DNA of 53,409 nt from a virus. Its lineage: Duplodnaviria; Caudoviricetes. Positions 37,480 to 47,294 of this stretch are shown here, piece by piece. Every line of letters begins with the position of its first letter. Within the stretch, counting starts at the first letter, position 1. The notes beneath the pieces were generated by a model. The model made no database searches. It worked only from the letters and a program-made list of their open reading frames with translations, and was not told where the DNA came from. The position numbers were made by a program, and so were the translations under genes. The stretch lies in the IMG/VR virus record IMGVR_UViG_3300028923_000001, positions 1 through 53,409 of that record; one strand, 5' to 3'.

Positions 37480-40400
37480 CAGTTGCGGAATACGAGACGC
37501 GACTTGATGGGATCAGAGGCAAACTGGTTGAAGTCGAGGCGCTCAGGCAACAGCTGAAGGAAAAACGGCGGCGGGAAGTGTCGGGGAAGACGGTGGAACA
37601 AATCCTCACGGAGGCACCGGCGGTGGCGTCAACGGCTGTCTCAGTGACGCCCCTTTCAATGGAAGTGGCATCAAAGCAACCGTACGAACCGACCGCGACG
37701 ATCGGATTACCGAAGACAGAATTTGTCCAAACAACGGGCAAGCCGGAGGAACTCGCACCGGCGGCCAGTACAGCCATTAGAGATGTGCGGCCTATGGAGA
37801 CTCCAGGCCAAACGTCGATTGGACCGAGAGAAGGGGATATCACCCCATTCAAGGAGAAGGCAAAAGCCTTCGCAACCGGCTTAACGCATGAGGTAACGCT
37901 GGGGGCGTTTGACCTCACTCCCAACGAGATAAAACTGCTGCAGGAACACCCGGAAGCTGGAGTCCTTGGAAGTTTGGCTGGTGCAGTGGCACCGATGGCG
38001 ACATCGGTCGGGACGACTTCCACCGGGGTAAAGGGCGCGATCAAAATTGCGACGAAAATTTTCCCATCGTTGGGGGAATCAACGGTTGGCAAGAATGTCG
38101 TGGTGAAGATACTCGGCAGACTGGGGACAGAGCTGGCAGCTGGCGGGGGATACGGGGCCGCAAGAAAAGAGGTCAGTGGCGAGGGAGACTGGGGAGATGT
38201 GGGTGAGACGGCGACGATGTTTACGGCTCCCGGGATGGTCTACCAAGGGGCAAAAGCGATCCTCGACGAATCGGAGCCACAAGATATGACTAGACTTGTG
38301 CCTGTGATCATGGGGGCACTCAGTGCGGTAGGAATCAAAAAAGAAATACAGCAGCGGCTAGCCAGGGGGGGGGCACGTGGAACAGAGATGGCCGCTCGAT
38401 CCGAAGAGACCCACCCGCTGGGTGGGGTACAAAGCGAAGTGGCGACGCCCAAGGAAGTGCTCAAGGAAGTGACACCGTTGGAGGAAGTCGCTGCGGCCAA
38501 GGAGCGGGCGATCGCGGGGGAACCGGCGCCAGAGCGGGGGACGAATGTGTTGATTGAGGCGGAGAGGGAAGTTGCTCCTGCGGAGCAGCGGGCGCAGCAT
38601 GCTGCGCCCCTACGCGAGGAAGTGCCGGCGGCGGTCAAGCCGAAGAGGGCGAGGAAGCCGAAGACGAATGAGGAGATTGTAGTCGATCTGGAAAAAATGA
38701 CGGAGGAGGACCTGAACCGGAAGCCGGGGGAACAGCCGAAGGAGGTTGATTTTGAGGGGGCAATGCAGGACGCCTGGCAGACGCCGGAACCGAGATTGGT
38801 AAAGAAGGAAGTTGGTCCGACTGTCGCAGCGACCGTGCCAGCGAGAGCAGAAGTAGCAATATCTGGGAATCCCGCTGACGTAGTTGCGGCACGGACTGCG
38901 GCAGTCGAAACAACTTTTCCTAAACAGCCCTGGGGAATGACATTGACCGAATTTCGCGCGGCCTCCAAGAAAGCAAGCGATTTGAACTTTCAGGAACGTA
39001 ACCAACTCAATGTCATAGATAAACGCGTTCATAGCCATCTCGTCGAGAAAGCTCTGGAAGAAGGGAAACCCGTGCCGGCGGAAGTGCTCGCGGACTATCC
39101 GGATTTGGCGGCGAAGTATGGGAAGGTCGCGGCTAAAGCCGCTCCTACGGAGGTTACGAAGTATTACCGTCTAAAGGACGAAAATGGCAACCTCACGGGA
39201 AGTTATGCCGCCATTAGGAAACCGCCCGAAGGATACCACCCGGAAAATCCAGATCATGTTTGGATCACGACCGAACACCCTACACACAGTATGTACGCTG
39301 GCGGTGCTGGAGAAATTGATCCAGCACGTCTTGTGCCATTTGCGAATACGGCGAAAGACCTGAGATTAGCAAAGGAACTGACCGAAGGACGGAATGCCCG
39401 GATGCGTGGTTCTAAGGAAATGGCCGATTCGTACCGCGCTGCTGGGTTGGGCATAACCGACAAACCAGAGCGTCCGACGGTGACGGAGCGGTTGACGATG
39501 GCGGAGACCGATGCGAAGATCAGGATCAGGAAACGGGTCAAGAATGGTAAGGTGTTCGATATCGTTGCTGCGACGGCTGAGGCTGTTGCCAATACGGCTG
39601 ATCTGGTCATAATCGGTGCGGCTAAGATGGCGAAAGGGGCTATTGAGTTCAAAGAGTGGGTCGTGGAAATGCTTCGGGAGAAACCGGACCTGAAGGAAGA
39701 TCATCTCAAGCAGATATACGAGAAGGCCAAGGAGCAATTCCACCGGGTACGAGCGCGCGACATCGTCAAGGAACATATCGACTACTACAACAACATCAGC
39801 GCCCCGCCGGAGATGCGGCCGCGCGAATACTCAATGCTGAAGGACCTGAAGGAACAGGTGAAGGCGGAGGTCAAAGGAAAGCAACCCAAGGGCAAGGAAG
39901 CCAGGAAGCGGATCCATGATCTGGCCTGGCAGGAGATGCTCGGCGAACTGTGGCAAGAGGGCGTCCCGATGCAGAAGCTGGAGTCGGGGGAATTGGTGCC
40001 GCTGGTGAATTTGGGAAAACCGGCAAAGGAATTCATGGGGGAAATGATTGCCGATGCGGAGAAGCAGTTCAGCAAGGAACAACTGAAGGATCCCGCGGTC
40101 AAACGACAGATCAATGAGCAGGCCCGGGAGATGTTTGTGCTGGCGGCGCAGTCGCGCGGAATCGCCACCAAGATCAAGGGACAACAGAAACTGCGGCCGG
40201 AGATTCGACGTAAATCGGAACTCTCGCTACGGCTGATGACGGAAACGGTCATGACTCCCGAAGAACGGGTCAGACTGAGACGGCTCAACAAGGTCGATCC
40301 GGACAAGGCAATCGATGAATACCAGATGATCGCCAAACAACGGGGGATCATCTTACCGGGAATCAGACAGTCGGGAACCTACGTGCCGGATGAGGCACTT

Positions 40401-42926
40401 TTCTACAAGCATTTCAAGGATGCCGAAGCAGGACCGCTGGGCGGCACCAAAGAGTTTTTCCGACTGATGGAAGAGATCGACGGCGCACTGCCGGCGGAAG
40501 TGAAGGCGGCGCTTCCCGGGGGCGCGGGACCGATCAGTAAAGGCGTGCTATGGGCCAACCACGACATGCTGCGACAGAAAATGGAGTTTCTCTACGCTGA
40601 AGAAGCGTCATTAAAACAGATCAGAGGGAAGTTGTCGGACAAAGATCTGATATTCGCCAACCGGGTGCTTGAGCGGATTGGCAAAGATCAGGGGAATGTG
40701 TCACTAGACAACCTGATGACCGATTCGCGCTTCTACGAGGTCGTGACGGCCTATAAACCGATCGCCGAAGCGATCGAGAAAGCCAGAACGGCCGGTCAGG
40801 ATTTGTCGACGCAAGCAGTAGCGCGGATAGTTGAAGAGAAGGTCGGCAATATCGTCAGGTACGCACAGAAGATGCGGGGGTGGTATGATGAGCTGATATT
40901 GGACTTCATCAATCCCGTGCGTCGTGCCAGAAGTCAAAAGGAGATTCCATACCACGATTATTACAGCCCCCACGAACTGCAGCAGGAAGTGTTTTGGTCG
41001 AAGGCAAAACACTTCATCGAGGGGAAAGTCACGGGCAAAGGCGAAGCGGAAGTGACGCTACCGCCGATGCCGGAGTTTATCCAACCGAACAAGCCGTTCA
41101 ACCCGCGCGAACTGCCGCGCAACGCCGGTCTGGAAGAGTACGAGCGCGAAATGAATTCGGGGACGTTGGCGGAACATTACCTCGATCTGGCGGCCAAGGA
41201 CATCTTCCACACGTCAATCATTCAGAATGCGAAGGCGTACGCCGATTTCCTCGATGCCCGGGGATTTCCGAATGCGGCGCGCGCGATTCAGGAGTATACA
41301 TCGGAAGTCTACGCCGGAACGCCGAATTGGCTGGATAAACGGGTGCCGAAGGCAATTATCAAGTCGCTCGGAGTTTACAAAGGTGGACTCATCAGGAGCG
41401 TATTTCCGCTCAATGCACCGTGGATCGCGGTGATGCAGACCGCCAACGTGGTCAACACGACGATGTGGCACGGGTATTTGAACTCCGCGCAAGGACTTCT
41501 TGACTGGGTGACCAAACCGAAGTGGCGGCAGGAAGTGCTCGACAATGCCTATTCGTACATGATCAAAAGCGAACGCGGTGGCCGGGCAGCGTACCAGGAT
41601 TTCGATAAGGCGATGGCCTCGGCGGCGAGACTGGAACGGAGCAAACTGGAGAAAGCGCAGGACGCTTTCAACTACTTCTCCGAGCAGGTCGAGAAAGGGA
41701 TGACCGGCTTTGCGATCTCGGCAGGATATCGTGATGGCGCCAAGAGAGGGTTGACAGGCAAAGCACTGTGGGAGTTTGCCTCGGAAGCGGGTGAGCGCGC
41801 GCAGAATCTGTTCAACAACGAGGATGTCCCCGGAATCCTGAGAAGCAAGACGGTCAAGGGAGTGGCACCGTTTCAGACCTTCACGTTCGGGATGTTCAAC
41901 ACAATGAGGGAGATTGCGGGAAAGACCGGCACACCGCCGGCGACAGCCGCCGAACGGATGAGGATCGCGCTTCGGTTTGTGGCGGGAGCGACAGCGTTGA
42001 ACTACGCCTGGTCGACCATCAATCAGAAACAACCGTGGGATATCTCGAGCTGGGTGCCGTTCTACGGCGTGGTGTTTGGACCGCTAGTAGAAGCGGCCAA
42101 AGGCGAAGACTGGAAGTCGGCGAGTTCGCGGGGATTGCCGAGCCCGGTGGCGACGGGAGCGGAATTTGTGAAGGCACTAAGCGACGGGATTGGGAAAGGG
42201 AAATGGACACCGTTACGCAAATGGCTGATGAAGTACGCCACCGGTCTGGTGGGGATCCCGGGCGGGACACAGATGAACCGGATCTGGGACGGGGTCGAGG
42301 CCATAGCCAAGGGCGGAGTGGAAGACGCCTCCGGGAAGATGGTGTTTCCAGTGAGCGGGACCAAGGAATCGGTTCGCGCGATCTGGAACGGACCGTACGG
42401 AACCGACGCCGGACAAGAATATCTCCAGAAACGAGAAAAGGGAATTGACACCGGCGTTCAGAACAAAAAGGTCGTCAGAGCATTTCGGGCATTCCCGGTT
42501 GGCGGAGAACTGCTGAGACCGCAGAAGGCGGCCAAGACGCCGGCGCAGGAGCGGACACGGCTGAGGAAGGAGATATTTGAGGGGGCGAAGGGGAAAACGA
42601 AACCCACCGCAAGCGGTGGGGCACCCGAAGTTGACAAGGATTTGGAGTCGGATGTTGAGAAGTTTATGTGGAACGGGGGAGAATGGAAGGATCTGCAGAA
42701 GTCGCTTGAGGATCGGTATGCGACGGATGAGGAAATCGATGCCGTCAGCGCGATGTGGGAGAAAGTGAGCGAATCGATCGATCGGGCTGGGTTGACTGAC
42801 CAACTCTATGACAGGGTGACGGCGATTAAAGATAAAGAGCAATCCGAGAAGGATGCGGAGAAGAAGGCGAAGGAAGAGGAACGGGATAAACGCACCAAGG
42901 CGTTTCAGGTGAAGAAAGCGGGATAG
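37476..42926 (+). CDS. Large (1816 aa) ejection / DNA-transfer-type protein
   Basis: Size, Gly/Ala-rich helices near the N-terminus, helical C-domain; position typical of podovirus ejectosome genes. Confidence 0.65.
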   Translation: MTVAEYETRLDGIRGKLVEVEALRQQLKEKRRREVSGKTVEQILTEAPAVASTAVSVTPLSMEVASKQPYEPTATIGLPKTEFVQTTGKPEELAPAASTAIRDVRPMETPGQTSIGPREGDITPFKEKAKAFATGLTHEVTLGAFDLTPNEIKLLQEHPEAGVLGSLAGAVAPMATSVGTTSTGVKGAIKIATKIFPSLGESTVGKNVVVKILGRLGTELAAGGGYGAARKEVSGEGDWGDVGETATMFTAPGMVYQGAKAILDESEPQDMTRLVPVIMGALSAVGIKKEIQQRLARGGARGTEMAARSEETHPLGGVQSEVATPKEVLKEVTPLEEVAAAKERAIAGEPAPERGTNVLIEAEREVAPAEQRAQHAAPLREEVPAAVKPKRARKPKTNEEIVVDLEKMTEEDLNRKPGEQPKEVDFEGAMQDAWQTPEPRLVKKEVGPTVAATVPARAEVAISGNPADVVAARTAAVETTFPKQPWGMTLTEFRAASKKASDLNFQERNQLNVIDKRVHSHLVEKALEEGKPVPAEVLADYPDLAAKYGKVAAKAAPTEVTKYYRLKDENGNLTGSYAAIRKPPEGYHPENPDHVWITTEHPTHSMYAGGAGEIDPARLVPFANTAKDLRLAKELTEGRNARMRGSKEMADSYRAAGLGITDKPERPTVTERLTMAETDAKIRIRKRVKNGKVFDIVAATAEAVANTADLVIIGAAKMAKGAIEFKEWVVEMLREKPDLKEDHLKQIYEKAKEQFHRVRARDIVKEHIDYYNNISAPPEMRPREYSMLKDLKEQVKAEVKGKQPKGKEARKRIHDLAWQEMLGELWQEGVPMQKLESGELVPLVNLGKPAKEFMGEMIADAEKQFSKEQLKDPAVKRQINEQAREMFVLAAQSRGIATKIKGQQKLRPEIRRKSELSLRLMTETVMTPEERVRLRRLNKVDPDKAIDEYQMIAKQRGIILPGIRQSGTYVPDEALFYKHFKDAEAGPLGGTKEFFRLMEEIDGALPAEVKAALPGGAGPISKGVLWANHDMLRQKMEFLYAEEASLKQIRGKLSDKDLIFANRVLERIGKDQGNVSLDNLMTDSRFYEVVTAYKPIAEAIEKARTAGQDLSTQAVARIVEEKVGNIVRYAQKMRGWYDELILDFINPVRRARSQKEIPYHDYYSPHELQQEVFWSKAKHFIEGKVTGKGEAEVTLPPMPEFIQPNKPFNPRELPRNAGLEEYEREMNSGTLAEHYLDLAAKDIFHTSIIQNAKAYADFLDARGFPNAARAIQEYTSEVYAGTPNWLDKRVPKAIIKSLGVYKGGLIRSVFPLNAPWIAVMQTANVVNTTMWHGYLNSAQGLLDWVTKPKWRQEVLDNAYSYMIKSERGGRAAYQDFDKAMASAARLERSKLEKAQDAFNYFSEQVEKGMTGFAISAGYRDGAKRGLTGKALWEFASEAGERAQNLFNNEDVPGILRSKTVKGVAPFQTFTFGMFNTMREIAGKTGTPPATAAERMRIALRFVAGATALNYAWSTINQKQPWDISSWVPFYGVVFGPLVEAAKGEDWKSASSRGLPSPVATGAEFVKALSDGIGKGKWTPLRKWLMKYATGLVGIPGGTQMNRIWDGVEAIAKGGVEDASGKMVFPVSGTKESVRAIWNGPYGTDAGQEYLQKREKGIDTGVQNKKVVRAFRAFPVGGELLRPQKAAKTPAQERTRLRKEIFEGAKGKTKPTASGGAPEVDKDLESDVEKFMWNGGEWKDLQKSLEDRYATDEEIDAVSAMWEKVSESIDRAGLTDQLYDRVTAIKDKEQSEKDAEKKAKEEERDKRTKAFQVKKAG

Positions 42927-42979
42927 TTTCGTGGTGCACGGGGACGTATACCACGCAGGATACCAGTGAGGAGGAGACG

Positions 42980-43288
42980 TTGAAGAAGATCAATCGTGTA
43001 CTGAATGATTTCAAGGTGTTTGGCCTATCGGTGGGCAATCTGGCGATGATCGCGACGCTGGTTGTGACGACCATGACGATCTTCTCCAAGATCGGAGCGG
43101 CTCAAGACGCCAAAATCAAGGCGCATAATGACGCCTGGATGGGAGTACATCCGTATCTGCAGGCCGAGATCGACACTTTGCGATGCACTCAGGCGAAATT
43201 GTTCGATGCGGTGAAGTCGATTGAGAAAGGTCAGGACAGCAGTACCGACTTGATAGTCTCCGAGATCAGGAAACTGTACGACAGGTGA
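42980..43288 (+). CDS. Single-TM plus coiled-coil protein, possibly holin-like
   Basis: GAGGAGG RBS, TTG start, one TM segment. Confidence 0.5.
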   Translation: MKKINRVLNDFKVFGLSVGNLAMIATLVVTTMTIFSKIGAAQDAKIKAHNDAWMGVHPYLQAEIDTLRCTQAKLFDAVKSIEKGQDSSTDLIVSEIRKLYDR

Positions 43289-43291
43289 GCG

Positions 43292-43486
43292 ATGGTCGAG
43301 CCTCTCGCACTGATAATGACTGCGATCGCGGCATTCACTCTTGGATACACCCTGGGTTCCAGGACTTCACTTGCCACGGTGAGAGAGATAGCAACGCTGC
43401 GGGAACAAGCCCGGTTGCTTCTCGAGCAGGTGAGTAATCTACGAATTGATGTCGGCGTATTGAAGAAAGTGAGTAAACTCTCATGA
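43292..43486 (+). CDS. Small TM plus coiled-coil protein
   Basis: N-terminal hydrophobic helix. Confidence 0.45.
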   Translation: MVEPLALIMTAIAAFTLGYTLGSRTSLATVREIATLREQARLLLEQVSNLRIDVGVLKKVSKLS

Positions 43487-43587
43487 AGTGGAAGACGGGC
43501 AGAAGTTTGGTGGCGGCGGGAATCGTGGCAGCAGTCACCGCGGCGATCTGGATGCTCTGGGCGTTACATCAGTTGGTGCAGCCATGA
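43483..43587 (+). CDS. 34-aa TM peptide (not in ORF track)
   Basis: MKWKTGRSLVAAGIVAAVTAAIWMLWALHQLVQP, ATGA-coupled on both sides; supports 43584 as the next start. Confidence 0.5.
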   Translation: MKWKTGRSLVAAGIVAAVTAAIWMLWALHQLVQP

Positions 43588-45725
43588 GCAAACAATTCGG
43601 TACGGAGGAATTCTGGAGGCTGATCACCGGTTTTTTGTTTCTGATACTGTGCATGATCGTGCTGGCAGCCGCCCTGGGAGTGTTCAATCCCATATTCGGC
43701 CAGGCGAACGCGGTCAACAAGGTCAAGTACCAGAAGGATGTCAGCGGGGACAGCTCCAAGTACAGCTATATCGAGAACGACAGTTTGTTCCTGACGAAGT
43801 TGGCGGCATTGGTGGCGCCGTTTCTGCGAGCGGACTCTGGCCGGGTCCCGGTTCTGAACGCGGTCACGACGATTTCCGGTCCCAACGGAGCAATGGAGTT
43901 CTCGGATTCGGTGATCTATTTTGATTACGACTCGTCGGGGGGAGCCGTGACAGCTTGGTTGGGTGGACACGGTGCGGGTGCCCGGTGGGGTGGAGTTGCA
44001 AAGGATTCGGTGCAGATCACATTGGACGGGACTAACTGGTATACTCTATTGACTACAGCAACTGGCGGCGGAGGAGGGTCATCAGCGTGGGCAGACATGA
44101 GTGATTACCTACGACCTTTAGGCGACCAGTATATTGTGATCCACGGACTCGGGACGACGGATAGTTTGACCCTGACGCCCTGGGCGATTCATACCCCCAG
44201 CACGTCATTCATGATCGGCGACACGCTGCATTTGATCTTCACGATCGGTTCGGACACGGTGTCGGTAGACTCGAATAAAGTTACCAAACTCACGGGCGAT
44301 TTGCTGATTGACGCCGACAGTTCATCGGACGGATTAGCACGATTCAGTGGCTGGGGCGGAGGTGTCCGGTTCAGTCGCGCCGATAACAAGATGCAGTACA
44401 CGAACGATTTTCTGACCTGGACGGACATCGGTACAGGAGGCGGCGGCTCTGACTCCGACTGGATTTCCATCGGCGTTGACAGCATCAGAAAGTACGGTGG
44501 GGATTATATCTTCTTCGTAGACACGACCTGGTTCAAAGGGAAGATCCGAGCGGATCACATCATGCCGGCGGACTCGGGATTTCTTACGCTGGGAGACCCT
44601 GATTCGGTATCGCTGATCGTCTATGGGGACAAAGTCGTCTGGTGGGGAATTGAACTGGACTCGGCGTTTGTGGATTCACTGCGGAACGGGGATTTCTACG
44701 GGATCGAAACCGACATTGACTCGACGATGATCGCAGACGGCGCGGTGAGCTCCGCTGATCTGCGAGACACTTCTGTAACCGGCGACAAAATCGCCAACGA
44801 ACGCATAGACTCGACCAAGATCAAGGACGGGGCAATCGGGTCCGGTGATATCGGCACCGGACGGATTACGAGCACACACATATTGGATGCAACCGTCGCA
44901 CTGGGAGACATGGCGGCTAACTCGGTGGATTCGACGAAGATCACTGACGGCGGGGTTGGTTATGCCGATTTGGGAACTGGGGCGGTGAACAGGATCGTTG
45001 CGACGAAAGTTGACGCGGCTACCCTGGCGGATTCCTGCACGAAGTACGACACGACAAACACGGCGAGTTGGACGGAGATAAACGCCAAGGGATACCTGAC
45101 CTCCGAGACGGGAGACATTTCGTCGGTCGCTCTTGGTAACGGGGGAACCGGAGACGGGACAACGGGAGCGGTGACGCTGAATGTGGTGGCGGGCACCTCA
45201 ACGGGGCTGACAGTGAACGCCGATTCGGTTTACATAGCCACGATGGGAGTGACGACGAAAGAACTGCATTTCATCTCCGTTGCCGCGCAGGATCATATTC
45301 TGGAGGACAACATCGTCGCATCACTACCCGCATTTGACAAGAACACAAAGGCGATGTACCTGGTGAGAGATTCCTCTTTGGCGGCGGGTTCCGATACGCT
45401 GGAATTCGACCTCTGGCTGCCAAGTGGGATTACGCAATGTGATTCGATCCGGATTCTTTACTCGACCAGTTCGGCGACGGCGGGGACATCGAAGATAGAC
45501 GCTGTAGATATAGCAGTCACAGCTGACAGAGGCGTGACGATCGCCACCAGTCAATCATCGTCGAGTACGGATCAGGCGGCAACCGCCCGAACTCCCCTCG
45601 TCTTCGATCTCTCGAATGACGGTGATTTCAACTCAGGCGAGGAGGTTGTGATTACACTGATAACAGCATACGGTTCGGCAGGTCAGTGGACGAAGATCTG
45701 GGACATTGTGGGGTACTTCAAATGA
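43584..45725 (+). CDS. Tail fibre-like protein with signal peptide
   Basis: Leader ending GQANA; GGGGS linkers; IDSTKIxDGA[IV]-type repeats typical of fibre shafts. Confidence 0.7.
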   Translation: MSKQFGTEEFWRLITGFLFLILCMIVLAAALGVFNPIFGQANAVNKVKYQKDVSGDSSKYSYIENDSLFLTKLAALVAPFLRADSGRVPVLNAVTTISGPNGAMEFSDSVIYFDYDSSGGAVTAWLGGHGAGARWGGVAKDSVQITLDGTNWYTLLTTATGGGGGSSAWADMSDYLRPLGDQYIVIHGLGTTDSLTLTPWAIHTPSTSFMIGDTLHLIFTIGSDTVSVDSNKVTKLTGDLLIDADSSSDGLARFSGWGGGVRFSRADNKMQYTNDFLTWTDIGTGGGGSDSDWISIGVDSIRKYGGDYIFFVDTTWFKGKIRADHIMPADSGFLTLGDPDSVSLIVYGDKVVWWGIELDSAFVDSLRNGDFYGIETDIDSTMIADGAVSSADLRDTSVTGDKIANERIDSTKIKDGAIGSGDIGTGRITSTHILDATVALGDMAANSVDSTKITDGGVGYADLGTGAVNRIVATKVDAATLADSCTKYDTTNTASWTEINAKGYLTSETGDISSVALGNGGTGDGTTGAVTLNVVAGTSTGLTVNADSVYIATMGVTTKELHFISVAAQDHILEDNIVASLPAFDKNTKAMYLVRDSSLAAGSDTLEFDLWLPSGITQCDSIRILYSTSSATAGTSKIDAVDIAVTADRGVTIATSQSSSSTDQAATARTPLVFDLSNDGDFNSGEEVVITLITAYGSAGQWTKIWDIVGYFK

Positions 45726-46567
45726 ACATCAGACGCCTAAGTTTGTTACTCGGGTTCATTCTGATCTGGTCAATAGCCGGAGCCGCAACGAAAACGTATA
45801 ACTTCGGGTTTTCAAGCAAATGCGGTCTTATCAAACAAGGCACGCCTACAACCTCTTATTCGATTGGAACTGGAGGCAGTCTCGTAATGCCACTCTCCAA
45901 TCGTGATAACTACCAGGTGAGGGCGATTATCGTGGCAGAGTCAAGTCAAGTCTGGTCTGCCAGCGACACGGCGTATAAAGCTGGCATAACCTGGGCTTTT
46001 AATGGTGGGACATTCCCGGTGAAGTTAAGTATCGGGATAGCCGAAGGTCAGGGAGCTTTCACGCTGTTGGTTTATTCAATGAAACGCAGGTATTCGGCTA
46101 ACGCGCACGGTTGCTGGGATTCGGCTTACTATGATATGAAGTTCACTACTGCGGGAGCCGGTAGTGCGACGGACGATGTTATCGAGATGAATGCTGTGAG
46201 CGGTTCAGGAGAAGATAGAGCCTTAGCAGAACTCACTGGCGAATGGACGTACGACCCGGAGACCAGTCCTCCTCCTACAACGCAATACATCTATGTCTAT
46301 CCAGACACAGCATGGATGAGTGGAAGCCGTACAACGGCAACCTGGTCAACAGGTTTCCTTGTGATGATCGCTGACGCAGCCACAAATGACAGTTGTGCGA
46401 TCTTAGTAACAGATGCCGAGGCGGGATATTTAAGCTACATGGCTCCGACATTCGTCTTGCCTTCTTCGGGTTACAAAATCGCGCGCGCCGCGCAGACGGC
46501 GGTAGAACCGCGCGTATCGCAAACAGCCGTGGGAGCGCGAGCAACGCAAACAGGAACGAGCAAGTGA
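45722..46567 (+). CDS. Exported beta-rich protein, possibly DNRLRE/CBM-like
   Basis: MNIRRLSLLLGFILIWSIAGA; GLIKQGTPTTSY and WDSA...TTAGAGSATDD resemble DNRLRE domains. Confidence 0.55.
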   Translation: MNIRRLSLLLGFILIWSIAGAATKTYNFGFSSKCGLIKQGTPTTSYSIGTGGSLVMPLSNRDNYQVRAIIVAESSQVWSASDTAYKAGITWAFNGGTFPVKLSIGIAEGQGAFTLLVYSMKRRYSANAHGCWDSAYYDMKFTTAGAGSATDDVIEMNAVSGSGEDRALAELTGEWTYDPETSPPPTTQYIYVYPDTAWMSGSRTTATWSTGFLVMIADAATNDSCAILVTDAEAGYLSYMAPTFVLPSSGYKIARAAQTAVEPRVSQTAVGARATQTGTSK

Positions 46568-46571
46568 GGGT

Positions 46572-47294
46572 ATGATGAAAAGAACGCTGATACTCTGGTT
46601 GCTACTGGCGACTGGTGCGATCGCACAGTCGTGGAGCTTTACTGTTACCGCAACGGCACTCGAAGACGCCTACTGTTCGCAATTGTCTCCCAACACGAAT
46701 TTCGGAAATCTGGATGCTCTCTGGATCGGTCAGTCGTATGGCGACCGGTGGTTCTATATCGGAGCGGCGACGATCTCGGACTCGCTGGCGAAGTATGGAG
46801 GACAGGTGACGAGTGTCCGGCTGGTCGATTTCGTGCACAACCTCGATGGGGACTTTACCTCAATCGACAGTTTGTCGATCACCTGGAACGCTCTCAAGGT
46901 TGATCCGGTCGAACTGGAGGTCACGGACAATATCTACGCGACGGGGTTGTCATGGCAGGTTCGTGGAGCCAATGGCGACAACGATCAGTATACGCCGAGA
47001 GAGTCTGACGGGGTACACGCAGACTCGGTGATCCTGAGAAGTACGGCCGTCGCGGGTGACTCGATAGTGCTTTACGGGAATCCAGATCACGCTGGTGCTG
47101 AGTTCTATGTCGTCAGGGGAACGCATCTTGGAGCAGGTGAAGCTCGGGCGGTACTTTGCGCCAGTGAGCACCAGGTTTACGATAGTTACAAAACGCCGTA
47201 TTTTGTCTTCGAGGGAGAATCAGGAACCGGAGGCAGTGGAGCGTACAAAAAAGTCGGAAGTGGAGTCAGGCTTGGTTCGGGCGTTAAGATGTAG
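46572..47294 (+). CDS. Exported DNRLRE/CBM96-like domain protein
   Basis: MMKRTLILWLLLATGAIA; EDAYCSQLSPNTNFGNLDALWIG, WQVRGANGDND, ASEH....TPYFVF. Confidence 0.65.
   Translation: MMKRTLILWLLLATGAIAQSWSFTVTATALEDAYCSQLSPNTNFGNLDALWIGQSYGDRWFYIGAATISDSLAKYGGQVTSVRLVDFVHNLDGDFTSIDSLSITWNALKVDPVELEVTDNIYATGLSWQVRGANGDNDQYTPRESDGVHADSVILRSTAVAGDSIVLYGNPDHAGAEFYVVRGTHLGAGEARAVLCASEHQVYDSYKTPYFVFEGESGTGGSGAYKKVGSGVRLGSGVKM

Larger units (their letters stand above)
7777..39148 (-). repeat. GTAG-type REP-like palindromes (family A), dispersed
   Basis: 7777-7800, 12599-12622, 15934-15957, 28272-28294, 38590-38613 (GGGCRC..GYGCCC-C/G-TAC); 39127-39148 (TCGCGGCTAAAGCCGCTCCTAC); opposite-strand variant 20885-20903. 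Confidence 0.8.
8407..42627 (+). repeat. CCCACCCGCTGGGTGGGGTAC palindromes (family C), dispersed
   Basis: 8408-8428, 9128-9148, 21040-21060, 38410-38430; variants 37332-37357, 42602-42627. Confidence 0.85.
8371..42959 (+). repeat. 29-nt intergenic hairpin (family D), five copies
   Basis: 8371-8399, 8941-8969, 9091-9119, 23083-23111, 42931-42959; consensus GYGGYGCACGnnGRCRTAYRCCRSGCASG. Confidence 0.75.
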
